This document shows, piece after piece, positions 46,483 to 64,000 of a stretch of DNA of 64,000 nucleotides. Position 1 is the first letter of the stretch; each line of letters opens with the position of its first letter. Below the pieces are notes generated by a model. The model made no database searches. It worked only from the letters and a program-made list of their open reading frames with translations, and was not told where the DNA came from. The DNA comes from Setoptus koraiensis (Eukaryota > Animalia > Arthropoda), in the NCBI GenBank assembly GCA_048013815.1, contig CM106585.1:3968001-4032000 (forward strand), read 5' to 3'. Made by a program: the position numbers and the translations under genes.

Positions 46483-48175
46483 GATTGCTCTCACAGAAAT
46501 GTTTTTTCAGTATGAGGTGTGCTTGCAAAGAATTTACAGAGGTATCTCGTTTGGGCGACGATTTATTTGAACTTTAATGTTTTCCTTTCGCTCAACAAAG
46601 AGTGTTTGCAACAACCGACATGTGTGTTGTTTGTTAGATTGGCTTTCATCCAATAGGCCACACACAGAGCCTATCTCGTTGAACACCCGGCAAAGAGATT
46701 GTCATCATAATTGATCCAGATGATATTTATCATGATACACATCAGATGAAGCTCCCTTGAGGTCTACAGCATGATGCAACCTATGCAATACCATTGCAAA
46801 TATTCATGAGAGCAAATTCAAGTGTAAATCTTTTTCGTGGTGCATTGTTATACTGGCGCCGCTATTGTTAAAGTTTAGTATATGTGTCTCGGGTGAGGCT
46901 ACCAACAACATCGCCGGCAGTTGCAATATTTAGGCGATGCTCGCCATTTGATAATTGTTTCGACCGTTTCGATCAAATCAATCACAAGTCGTGAATAACA
47001 AGAACAAAATCATCGTTCGATATGCAGCGAAACTTGTTCTCTAGTGAATTATGTCCAGCTGCTGGCTACAATTGACCCCAGCGATGGTCATTATCGACTG
47101 TAAAAGTATGGTGACAGCAATATGGTTGTGGGCATCAGCATCATTTGCGATTTGACATGGCGATAGTATTCAATATTTGCCATCAAAATCATGGTGCGAT
47201 TGTGCTGCAAGTCAACGAACAATCGGCAGACAGTCGGATGGTCCGCGCATACTGGCATCCTCTGACACCAAATGATATGATATTGTGAGATTAAACAGAC
47301 CACAATTGCGCAATCATATCATCGGTGGCAATCATGACCATCGATTTGTTTATTTCGCGTTTTTCTGTTATCTGTTGGTGAACTTATTTGTTTCCTGGAT
47401 TCGACTTTAGTTCACTCACATGCTGCGGTTCAACTCCCGGTCGGTTTATCCGTCCGTCGTCGCCCCATTTTCGCGTCATCGATCGGCGCTATACAACAAT
47501 TGATGGGCATGGATATGCGTTCGTTGGAGGGAGGCGGAGGTGCAGCATAGGCCAGACCCAATCTAACAACAACAACAACCAGGCAACGTCAAAACAGCGC
47601 CAGACCAACTCGCGACATCAGTCTGATACTGGCAGGCTCTCGTCTAAGGCGTGCTGACGATGATGAACAATAATGATGATAATAGTCGATCGCGCTAATG
47701 AATTTTGTCGCTAACGAACAAGCCCGACAGTTACCGCGTAGGTATATCGATGTTGATATTGTTCGTCCGGCTGTAGTTGTTGTTGTGACCCCTGCTTCCA
47801 AGATAGTAGTGTCTATGATACATGAAGGTGCTCGTGTTTTAATTGCCCAAGTGTACACAGCCAATCTATTACGTAACACCTGATAGCAGTGACCGTATTG
47901 GTAGAGATTTTCCTTCGAAAAGTTATCGCGAACCTTATATAGAAGTGAAAATCGTCTCGCTCTAAACAAACAACTTGTCAATCACAACCATATCGTACTC
48001 ATTAACTAGCGGACAAGGTCGTCAAGTTACATAATTTAATTGACGTTGTGGAAGAATGTATTCACAACAAATACGTATCTGTTGGAATCAACCTATGTGT
48101 ATCACAAACTTGACAAATTATTAAATAAGTATCATAACAGCTTTGGCGATTCTAACTGTAGTTATAAAAGATGTT

Positions 48176-50080
48176 TTAGTTTCTTTTTTTATGATAACAA
48201 GTATACAATATAAGAATAGTTTCTGATATAAGTGTAAACGAACATAACAAGAAACAAGGTAAATATCGGCCACTATTGCTGTACAGGTAGCCAATAAGGA
48301 ATGATGAGGGTATGTTGAACGTCTAAATCATGATCAAAGGTTAGAAAAACAAAAAACAAAAAACGATTAATATTATATATAAATCATCTCTATGATTTTG
48401 GTAACATGCGTTGAATTGTCGGCAAAAACAGACTTACCGCAGAAACCCAAACAAGGCCTGTTATGAAGGCGGCGTGGCGTTGTCCAAATATTTTGAAACA
48501 TTCGACATTAAGAATGACTGAGTAACCGTTCATGGACGAGAAAGCCATCAATATACATATGACGTAAGTGTATCGGCTTGCAAGAACAAAGTCGAATGGC
48601 AACATTAAGACAGTGGTAAACATGATTACACTTATTAAAGTGAAACAGTGTAAGTAAGACAGTTTATCGCTGGCATAACCCCAAAATAGTTTTCCTACTG
48701 AAACGGACAATGATGATAAAGAGCCAATTTGGCTAAGGAAGTGATCATCTTTGATGAAAGTTTGTCCGTATTGTTTTTGCATGGAGCTCAAAAACACGCT
48801 AGCTTGAGAGGATAGAGCGATAGTAATGAATAACACTGCAAACTCTTTAGATAGAACCATAGACCAGGGGCCAGTCGCATTGTGTTCGATTGAATTTGTT
48901 GATAGTTCCCTAGTGTTGATAAGAGGTCTATGTAAATCATCGTCGATGTTCTGATGGTTACTATCACAGTGATTGTGTGGTGTTTTGCCTCCAGCTAAAA
49001 TCAATCTCTGAGACAACTTTTTCTGTTGTTGTTCGTTGGCCGGTGGCCTGAACAAAAGTGAACATCCGATTGTCTGAATGATGAAGTAGGTGAAGCCTAA
49101 CTTCAAGAAGAGATTGGGAACTCTATCAAGTATCTCGTCTTGCACAAAGATTGTCTTTGTGGCAGGCAGATTGTTCGGGTTGACTATGAGCGTAATGATG
49201 AAGTTAAAAAAGAAGGCACCTACCCCGTAACCGGCCATTATGATGCCACCAGCCAGGCCCTTGTTTTTTGGATACCAACCAAATGAGTTGACGATAGTGG
49301 GCGTCCAGGCAATACCACAACCTAAACCGGGCATTATACCATACGTGAGAAGAACATAATAGTAGCCATAATTGATTGTCCATCTCGTGGATATGAGGCC
49401 GATGCAATAACATGCAGATCCGATCATTGTGGCGTACCGTGCCGAGCCGCATCTCAATTCAATGTAACCGCCCAGACCAGAGCTGAGTCCACTTGTTAGA
49501 CTGCATATAGAGCCAATCCACAGAATGTTTGATTCGTCCATCAAATGGCCGCCAGGAGAGTTCTTAATCATATAGGATATGAGATAAGAACCCGTGTTAC
49601 TGTTGTTGTTTACACCGTGAGCAGCAAATGTTTTGGGTTAATGCAGTGTTCGTTATACATGTGCTAAAAAATGACCTCCGTTTAATATATTAATATCCTT
49701 GAATAATAATATTCAACGAGATTGAGAACTCACCTCATTGTTTGTAAATGGATCAGGCACAAGGTTATGAGGAAACCGGCCAAAATGGAGCATTTTGCTT
49801 TGCTCAGCCTGCAACAGCCAAACAACTGAATGTAAGCCCTTTGGAGGTGTCTCTGGTGCTGGCCGCCGGGCGCAATTACTGCGGCCGGCTCTCCGTTATT
49901 GTCCACAGTAATGCGGGCGTCAATCATTAGTAATGGATCGGGGCCATTGTTGATCACAATTGTATCGTCGTTGCCGGCTTGCCTATATTCCGATGTGTCC
50001 CCATTGAAGGATCTGTCATTTATAACTAGATATTTTCCCTTGTTATCATCTTTTTCCGCCGTGTAGCTTCTCCATCTCAT
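48176..50080 (-). CDS. major facilitator superfamily transporter (oxalate:formate antiporter / monocarboxylate-transporter-like); exons 50080-49734, 49599-48438, 48322-48176
   Basis: About 12 hydrophobic segments, with LGGYIELRCGSAR, YGIMPGLGCGIAW, GWYPKNKGLAGGIIMAGYGVGA and LFWGYASDKL motifs. GT-AG introns of 134 and 115 bp restore the frame. The last exon reads TFNIPSSFLIGYLY...LILYTCYHKKRN*. Confidence 0.88.
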
Positions 50081-50810
50081 GGTGTCTGTTATTTGCTCTT
50101 ATTGCAACTGCTTGTTGCATCTCTCGCACGACGCTGTCCAAACTTGCGAGGCCCGATGGATGCCCGGTTATAATTAAATTTTGGCTGGATATTGGCCCCG
50201 CAATATAAATAATATTTCAGCAATATCGACGTTCGGCAGCCAGAATTTTTTACAATTATTTATTTCGGTGTGCCTTAAAAAGAACACACACACACACACA
50301 TTCTTGCTGTGATACTGCCATTTTTCTCATTCTTGCTGTACGTTTTTTCTCTTTACACAGAACCGTGTCTACAGAATTCGTACATACAGTCGCTGCCAAC
50401 AAATAAATTTATCAGCACACATTTCTCTATGCTCTGTTTATGCGCTCTAGTTCGAAACTTGCTCACTGCGCACACACAACAAACACCGTGGTAACAATTT
50501 TATTTTATCCTCTACAAGATTGTTGTGTCTGTCAGACAAACTTGCCAGACATTGTGCGTCAATCATGTTGCATGATAATCTCCGCATGCAACGAAATATC
50601 TTGATATAAACTCGTTGAACACAATGGATGATGAACTTGAGAATGATGTGTCTATCGATGATTGCATGGCACCAATTGTATTGTTGGCGACAATTCAATT
50701 GGTTCATTATCATCAATTGATCTAGCTGACACGACGGCCGCCATCATGATAATTTGCAACTCACAAACTTTCAGACAGGATACACAGCCCTGGCAAATGT
50801 TTCGGCTTCT

Positions 50811-50841
<31 letters not shown>

Positions 50842-51686
50842 GACACTTGACAATCAATCAAAGCAAAAAGATTTGTTCGGTATGTCGGCCCTGAAAGTTG
50901 ATCTTTAGCCTTTTCACGCCATTAGAGATTAGTTTCTTTCGCCATACAATTAGTTCGCTTTGAACACGACTTCTCTGCGTATACTCGCTACAGCTGGAAG
51001 GGTTCGGGTTCGAACAACATCCAAGCCTAGCGAGTCGTCGACGACATGTAAAAGTTATTCGGTTATTAATTCTTGTCTAACCTATCTCGCAGACTGCAAT
51101 CGTAACATCGCCTAGTTTTCGGCGCAATTTCTATCATGAAAGAATTCAGTTATCGGCTGATTTAAATTTGTGCAATAGACAGCGCAAATAAAACATCAAG
51201 AGGCCAGACTCAATTATCCGATCCAACATGAAACAGCATCCAAAAGAGATCATCCTTGACCAAGTTAGAACATAGACTTGTGCTATCATTGCAGGGAGAA
51301 ACACGCGGTGTCATCATTTCCGATGAATCGACACAATTAAAGATGGGTACAAGGTCAAAACCGTCGACTACAGAAATAAAATAAAGAACTCTATATTTTT
51401 TTTCTCTCATCTACTTGCTCTTTTGGAACATTTATTATTCTTATGTATAACACAGTCTGTATTGATAAACATCCATGAGCGGTTTTATGTGCCTTTGGGT
51501 AGAATTTTCATTTCATTTTGTTTTTTTTTGGTGTTATCGATTTTGAATCAAATTCATCTAGCTCAATGTAGGAGGTTACATTACTAGATAACTATAATAG
51601 CAAGCGAAAAAGTTCTGCTGATACTTGCTCACGCCGTCTTGATTAGTGCTAATAAATTGTTTTCCATATTAACTTGAGCAACATAG

Positions 51687-57324
<5,638 letters not shown>

Positions 57325-58485
57325 CTAGTTGGCCGGTTGTCGTATGATTTGTTCTCTGTATGATTACGTAATGGGGGGGCCCAAGCGATAATTGGCTTCA
57401 GTTGGTTCGATAAGTGGCTTGTGACGACTGTTGCAACGAATAATGGAATATCATCAAATTTAAATTTAGAATATTTAATATTGAGATTGTATTAATAATA
57501 AATAGTTTAATAATAGTGGGGGTTGTTTGTATTTGTGTAGCGATGCCTTTGACTATCAATTGAGTGACTTGTTGTTGTCGTGTTTGTTGACTACTGTTAT
57601 AGTTGTCGATGCTGGTTACACGGTGCATGAACTAGCTCGAGAAAGTGTCTCTGACTGTTATCAGATTGTAATGTGAAGTCTTTACACAGTCTTAGTGTTT
57701 GTATTTTGCTCAGCTCCATTTTGTCTAACCCATCGCGATTACATGATGTGATGGCGCTGGATCACAATGGATAAACAACACGCTTTGGTCATTTGGTTGT
57801 GTGGTATCTGCTCGATGGGCAGACCTACAACAACAACATCAACAACGGCGACAGCTACAGCGGTGCAACAACAGTGTATAACAACAATAATTAATATATA
57901 TATTTAATATAATAAATAAATGAATCAGAATATATAATAACAATATACATGAGATAGTAATAGTAATAATAATAATAATATTACTACATCGTCATGGAGC
58001 ATTAGCGTAGCGTTGCTTGTGTTGTGCTGCTAGTGCTGCTGCTGCTGCCACAACCAATAGCCTTCCCCTGTTTGTGTGTGTGTACTAATTCTGTATTTGG
58101 GGTGCAACCAAGCAATTCCCACCAGTCGCAAAGCGCACTGTGCCGCACGTTTCGCACAGAACATGTTGAGCTGAACAGATTTGCGTGCGTCAATTGCATC
58201 ATTGTGTGTGTGTACAGTGAGTAGAGTGAAAGCTGGCTTGTGCAATCTGTCACAGAGCTGAGGTGCTGCAAGCATCACATTGTGCGCTTGCGTAACATGC
58301 AGCCCAGACGCACTGCCAAAGGCGCGTAGAACATGCAGCAGTAAGTGAATGTTTTGCGTTGAACACCCCGCATGCACTTTGTACACTCAATACAGAGCAG
58401 CATTACATATATAAAACAACGGCGCAAACAGTCTCGCAAACAAGCAAACGGAGAAGCCCGAGCTTCATCGTATGCATTCCAGCGA

Positions 58486-58524
<39 letters not shown>

Positions 58525-61500
58525 TGTCTGTTTCAGCACTGTTTGTGTGCACTGTTGCAACGCCAATTTTTAAATGTTACATAACACATTTGTTGTTGTT
58601 GCTGTTGTCGTTGTTGCTGTTGTTGTTGCTGCTGTTGTCGGTGTTGTTGGTGTTGATGGCGTGTCGCGGGTGGCTGCCAGCGCTGCCATACAGCGAGCCT
58701 CGACTCCCACAACCAGCCGACAGCGGCGAGCACGTCAGAAAAGGCCCACAGAGGCGCCACAGCGAGAGGAAGTTGCTCAGAGTGAGAGTGAAGGGCACCA
58801 GCTCGTTACGCGATCAATGGAGGGCGAGCCGAGCTGAACGGTGTGTCAATCAGTGCAAGTTGTTTGCCTACACCAAACGTGACATTTTTTTTTTCTTGAG
58901 AAATAACACCCCTGCGCTTGCTGACTCGCTGACTAACAACAGCAGCAGCAACAACAACAACGACAACAGCAACAACAACGACAACAACGACAACAATAAC
59001 TGCTGTGCCAAACAGTGTAGAGCGCACACACGTGAGACAGCTCGAGGCTCGGGGTGCGCGCTAACATGCCCAATAATATCAGCGCAATAATAGCAAATGA
59101 TGCAATGTTGAAAAGTGCACCAATTAATTTGTCTGCTGTGCTCACCTGAGCTGCCTACTACTTTTGGCGCAGTAGTTGCAGCACTACTGCACTACTGCTG
59201 CAACCACCGCCACTACCGATGCACTTCCGTCACTACAAACAATCAAACTAATACCAGGCAGCAGCAGCAGACGTGCATACACATAACGACCTATAGAAGC
59301 ACGGTCTGCGTATTGCCGCCTAGCCAGCCACCGATTCTTGCTCTCAATGATTGCATCACGATGAACAACAAAAATCGTCCATTGCACTGTCCGTTGTTTT
59401 TGCACATTTTTTATTCCTGTTTATATCGCAGCAGCAGCGGCAGCAGGCGTTTGACTTTTAACGGTTTCTCCTCTGCTGCCTCTCGTTGGCACAGCGAGCG
59501 GTCTTGGCGAGGCGCACAAAATCCCATCTATCTATCCAGATAGATCGGGCTCATGACGATCGCAGCAAGAGTAGTATGCAATAAAACAAAAGCTGTTGTC
59601 TCGAGACGCATTTCAATAGAAATTCAATTTTTGCCCAGCCGACCCTTTATTTACGCATTGTAATTTTCTCTCAATGACTGTCGCCTCTGCAAACTGGCAG
59701 CAGCGGCAGCAGCAGCAGTAACTGTATCACACTATTATTTACAGCTATCCATGCCTGTCTGCATAGCTATTCTCTCGCTGTATGTTATGTAACAGTACAA
59801 GCGAGCATGAGGTTCAAGTTTCCAGCGAATGCAGCGATGCCGTAATGTGCACATACCAATAGTACACTGATACAGTACAGATTCTACAGTCTCTGATGCA
59901 CAAATGCAGTATCGTTTCGCGATACCCCCCTCACTGTGTCGCTCGCCGAGACAGAGCGAGGGTATCACAAAACGGCGAGTGGAGACATTTTCAAAAATAA
60001 TCTTTTGTGCGCTATGTGCCATCATGCGCTAATATAAAGAAACTATCACCAACTAACTAGACAGGGCATGTCGACCATGTTCGCGATGTTGTGTCCAACG
60101 GCGACGACGCTAGGCAAAAAACATAAACAAGAGCAACAACTTGTGCTAATAGGAAAAAAAGCAACCAACAAGAAGAAGAAGAAGCTACTTCCATTACATA
60201 ATATATAGATGTAAGATGGTGGCACATCAAAGTGTGCAGTGTTGAGATGCGGCGACACTAAGCTCGCCAGCATTGGCAACGCACCACAAAACCTAGGGCA
60301 AACAAACTTTGCTGCAATCATTACACTCATGATGACCCAGGCCCGAGAAACGAGACGACATGTCGACGTTATCTTTCATCTGCAGGGCTTTGTCTAGCAG
60401 TCGCCGGGGTTCATCACTTGTGCGACATATGGGTGACTCGGTGACACAAGTCCCTTTCCGTCTAAATATTCTATATATAACATATATAATCTATATGTTT
60501 ATATCTTCGCTCGTTATTAAATTTAGTCATTAGACAAATGACACAACTGATACAATACAAGTAGCCGGAGTGTTATCTTTGTCAGTGTCGCGAAACAATC
60601 TCCAATGTATTAATGCCACTACAACAGATTTGATAGATTGCATGAGGCGCGCGTTCAATATTCCCGGCAACGACATCCGACGCCGTCGTGTGTGTATCTG
60701 TTGGTGACATTTTAATTTAATATTAATCGCCACCATTGCCTTGGATGTATTTATTTTTATATTATATTTATTTATTATGATGCGGCCCGCAACGCGACTC
60801 TCAACGGCCACTCCGACGAACACAATGAGAGCCTCAATAAGAGCAATCACACCATTATAATACCATAATGCAATGAACGAGTTGAATACACTCTCACTGT
60901 ACACATCTAACCTATTGTATGTTATATCATATAACTATATAACTTATATGTGCCTCGATAGCGAGCTTGGCCATTGACTTCACTGACACAACCGCTACTT
61001 TTATGGACAGTGCGGCACCATTGTTTCATCATACAAATGTAAATGTATTTACCGGGTGCGATATGATTTGATGTTGCATTATTGTTGTCTCATGTAATTA
61101 AGCAACATTGAGCTACAACAATAGCAATGAAACTCAAGCCTCATTTGTAGCGAGGTTCATGGCACAGGGTCGATTTTTTACGAAAGCACGATATATTTTA
61201 TTCATGGTTCATGTCTGAAAGAATCACATTCGCAGCTAGATTAAGACGTTCATGTCAATGTCTTCATTCATTGTGTCAAACAGAAACAACTTCTTGACAA
61301 CGAGCTCACTCTGCTCAGTGAGGCCAGTACAATTTCCTAGTGAATGATCCGTGTTGGGATTCAAACTTTAGGCTTACACAACAGATGATACGTCAATGGT
61401 AGGCTCACTGTAATAATTAATGTTAGTTGCATCATCTGTCTGTTGCGAATACTGTGCTAATCTGTGAGGACTCAATGACTTATTAATTGATTGGCTCGAT

Positions 61501-61838
61501 AGAAGCGGATGGCATTCGAGTTGGATCGACGAACTTGTGCTTGACGATACTAATGGCAATGATATTGTGCCATTACACTTTTAATTTAACGAACATTGTT
61601 CTTGGTTGTTGGCCGCTATGATAAGACTGGCTCATCACAATAATGAGGATAACGAAAGGTAGCCGCGGTGACGATTATAATTGTTTTCGCCACAGTCACA
61701 GATCACATCTTATGGAAATATCTCTGCCAGCGTGTGTGCTGACCCTCAAGCGAACGGTGAGGGAATGGCATCAAGAAGCCCCCGGTGCTGCCCTATAGTG
61801 TCAACGACACAAGCCGAAAGAAGCTCAAGCGGAATGAC

Positions 61839-61839
<1 letters not shown>

Positions 61840-61902
<63 letters not shown>
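61840..61902. repeat. perfect (CAA)21 microsatellite
   Basis: Read directly from the sequence. Confidence 0.95.
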
Positions 61903-61904
<2 letters not shown>

Positions 61905-62430
61905 ACTGCTGCGCGCATATAGGGCCGCCATGATTCCGCAAGTCTTTGGCTCGGATATGGATGCAAGAGCAATTAATGGCTGGATATTATGTGAATAATA
62001 TAAATGATAATTAGTTTTGCGTAGTTTGTGGCGCATCTTTTCGCACAGCCATATCGCACACGACTAGCGGCAACGAGTGGCACCTATGTGGGCGCCACTC
62101 GTTGCCGCCAGCTGGGGGGGGATCTTGGTGGGCGCAGTTGTGCAGTCTATTTTGAGAGCAGTTCATTTTAATTGCAATGTAATCTGGCGCTTTTGCAGTG
62201 GCGCTAGATGCCAAGCGCGACACATCTGATCAGATGTGAGTGGATAGTGGTTGCCCGATGGTTGAACAGGGCCAACATTTGGGCGGCCACGAGCGCGCAT
62301 TTATTACATGTGTGCGCAATTTATAATATAAATCGTCACATATACACACATATCACGAACGAATAACGCGCTAATATATACATATTGCTGACAACTTCCG
62401 GTTGTTTGCACGCGCCCAGCACAACAGTTC

Positions 62431-62506
62431 CGGGAACAGACAGATATTCTGGAAACAGACAGATATTTCGGAAACAGACAGATATTTCGGAAACAGACAG
62501 ATATGC
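62431..62506. repeat. 19-bp tandem repeat x4 (CGGAAACAGACAGATATTT)
   Basis: Units start at 62431, 62450, 62469 and 62488. Confidence 0.9.
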
Positions 62507-64000
62507 TGCTCTTATAGTATGTGGTCGGGTACATTCGATCAGAGTTATTATTGACATTGGCATTTGCTGATCGGAATAACGCTGTCGGCACAACACGAGC
62601 TGTGTGCTGTTGTTGTTGTTGCTGGTCGCGTTATCCAATCAGACACGCCGACACTGGAGTGTACAATTACCGTTAACTTTTCTCGCGACTCGCTAACTGC
62701 ACTACACACACCAGACGCGATTCACTGTAACAGCTCATGAATATACACTGACAACTTGTGAGTGCGCCGTATGTTTCAAATTGGTACCTCGAGCTTGCCG
62801 GCTCGACGATCGGCCGGCTGGCGAGCTAAGCCAAAACTGCATCTTGTCGTGAATGTCGCGTGAATGTGGCTGCGCGATCCGATGCGACTCGCTCAAGGTC
62901 ACCCCAGCCAATCAGCCAGCTCGATCAGCCAATGCTCACAGAGCGATCGAGAGGTGCGTGCCTCAAGTCCAATTGTTACTCGCTCATCATTGGCAAGTTA
63001 CGTCATTGGTGTCAAACTGTAACGACATGCCGCCTTGTACATATGGCATAACGGTCACACGTTAGCTTGTGCAAGACACACGGCTTGTTGTGCTCGTTGC
63101 CAGATTTGCCAATGCGGACCAATAAGTATGTCAACACCCATAATGTACCAATTAAATTTAACAAGATTGACATCTGTCGGATAACGATGACGACAATAAA
63201 TAAATTCTAAAATGACCTTTAGACTCTGATCATTACTTATCTATTTCTGGGCCCAGCCCCAGCATACGCACAACAAATAAATGTGTAATGGTGGTTGAGC
63301 ACGGCACACAATTGATTGCACGAGCAACGAAAAAACAATTCTCCTCGTCGGCAACTAAACACACACTTATCGGGCCTCGCCACGCCAACGTCGCCGCTTC
63401 TTTTTGGTGGCGCCCCCTAAACATGACAGATTGCATTTTTGTTGGCGCATTCTCTCAATTTTTCACTCCATTAAACCGGCCGCACCGCAACCTGATCTCT
63501 CGAAAGTCCGACCAGATTCTCTGTTACACGATGCTCGCTTGTCGTCCAAATTACCTTGTCTCTTGTTTCGCGCTCGCGGCCCGAATCGGGCGTAAATGCA
63601 ATAGTTTGCCGCTCTCCATCAACTGGCTTTCGATCAAATGCACTTGGCCTAATTCCTCGATGGCCTTCCGCCGAATTCGGAGCCAAGTGCCCAAAGTCCG
63701 CGAGCTTGTCCCATCCGGCGATGCCCGCAATCATCAGCTGCCATCGAAACGGCACAACATGAGAATGGCGCCCAGATTTCATTGATTCGAGTGCTCACCT
63801 GTCCTATATGGCACGAACGAACGCCAACATCTGCTACTGTCTTATCATCTGCTGCTGTCCTTCGAATCGGAATTTGGGGCCCCAGTATCTCGCTCCTTGT
63901 GTTTATATATGTATGTGTGTGTGTGTGTGCTGTTGTCGAAGTGGGGCGTGGGCGCCTCATACATGTGCGCCATTATCACTACATACTGTATACATTAATG

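Noticed and set aside
58359-59090. 243-aa + strand ORF with a long Leu/Val stretch
   Set aside because: It is built from (AC)n and (GTT/GCT)n microsatellites; the hydrophobic run is a repeat artefact.
61356-61367. tRNA T-loop/B-box-like GGGATTCAAACT (and GGTTCGAAC near 51007)
   Set aside because: I could not build a cloverleaf, acceptor stem or A-box around either site.
61681-61905. Short ORF ending in 21 Gln
   Set aside because: It starts at TTG and is only the translation of the (CAA)21 microsatellite, followed by a stop.
62221-62238. Perfect 18-bp palindrome CACATCTGATCAGATGTG containing two inverted E-boxes
   Set aside because: About 0.2-0.3 such palindromes are expected by chance in 64 kb, and there is no other support.

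Overview
Eukaryotic (animal) genomic DNA, not prokaryotic. The genes have GT-AG introns, mostly about 90-135 bp, and few of them. Proteins are inflated by Q/N/S/T/H low-complexity tracts. This style suggests a compact-genome arthropod such as a mite, which is an inference I cannot confirm here. Gene order: RALGAPB (-, 1720-7872, 2 coding exons); a Sidestep/nephrin-type Ig-superfamily receptor (-, 5 Ig + FN3 + TM, body 9667-16662, with a probable signal-peptide exon about 22 kb upstream at 38798-39005 and a possible alternative one at 19820-19973); a tandem-CCCH zinc-finger gene (+, 40958-42238); two tandem, strongly diverged PAICS/ADE2-like genes (-, 42765-44097 and 45183-46482) separated by a decayed fragment of the neighbouring MFS transporter; the intact MFS (OFA/MCT-like) transporter (-, 48176-50080); and a tau-tubulin kinase/asator gene (-, 51687-57201). 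The regions 16.7-39 kb and 57.3-64 kb are non-coding, visibly richer in GC, and full of short tandem stutters, fold-back palindromes and GGGCCC motifs. I found no rRNA, tRNA, CRISPR array or transposase/RT ORF. The two best leads are (1) intact-ORF PAICS paralogues that have lost the catalytic motifs of both enzyme domains (candidate pseudoenzymes), and (2) an N-terminal Ig V domain split by an in-frame insert of about 380 aa that carries furin-type sites.
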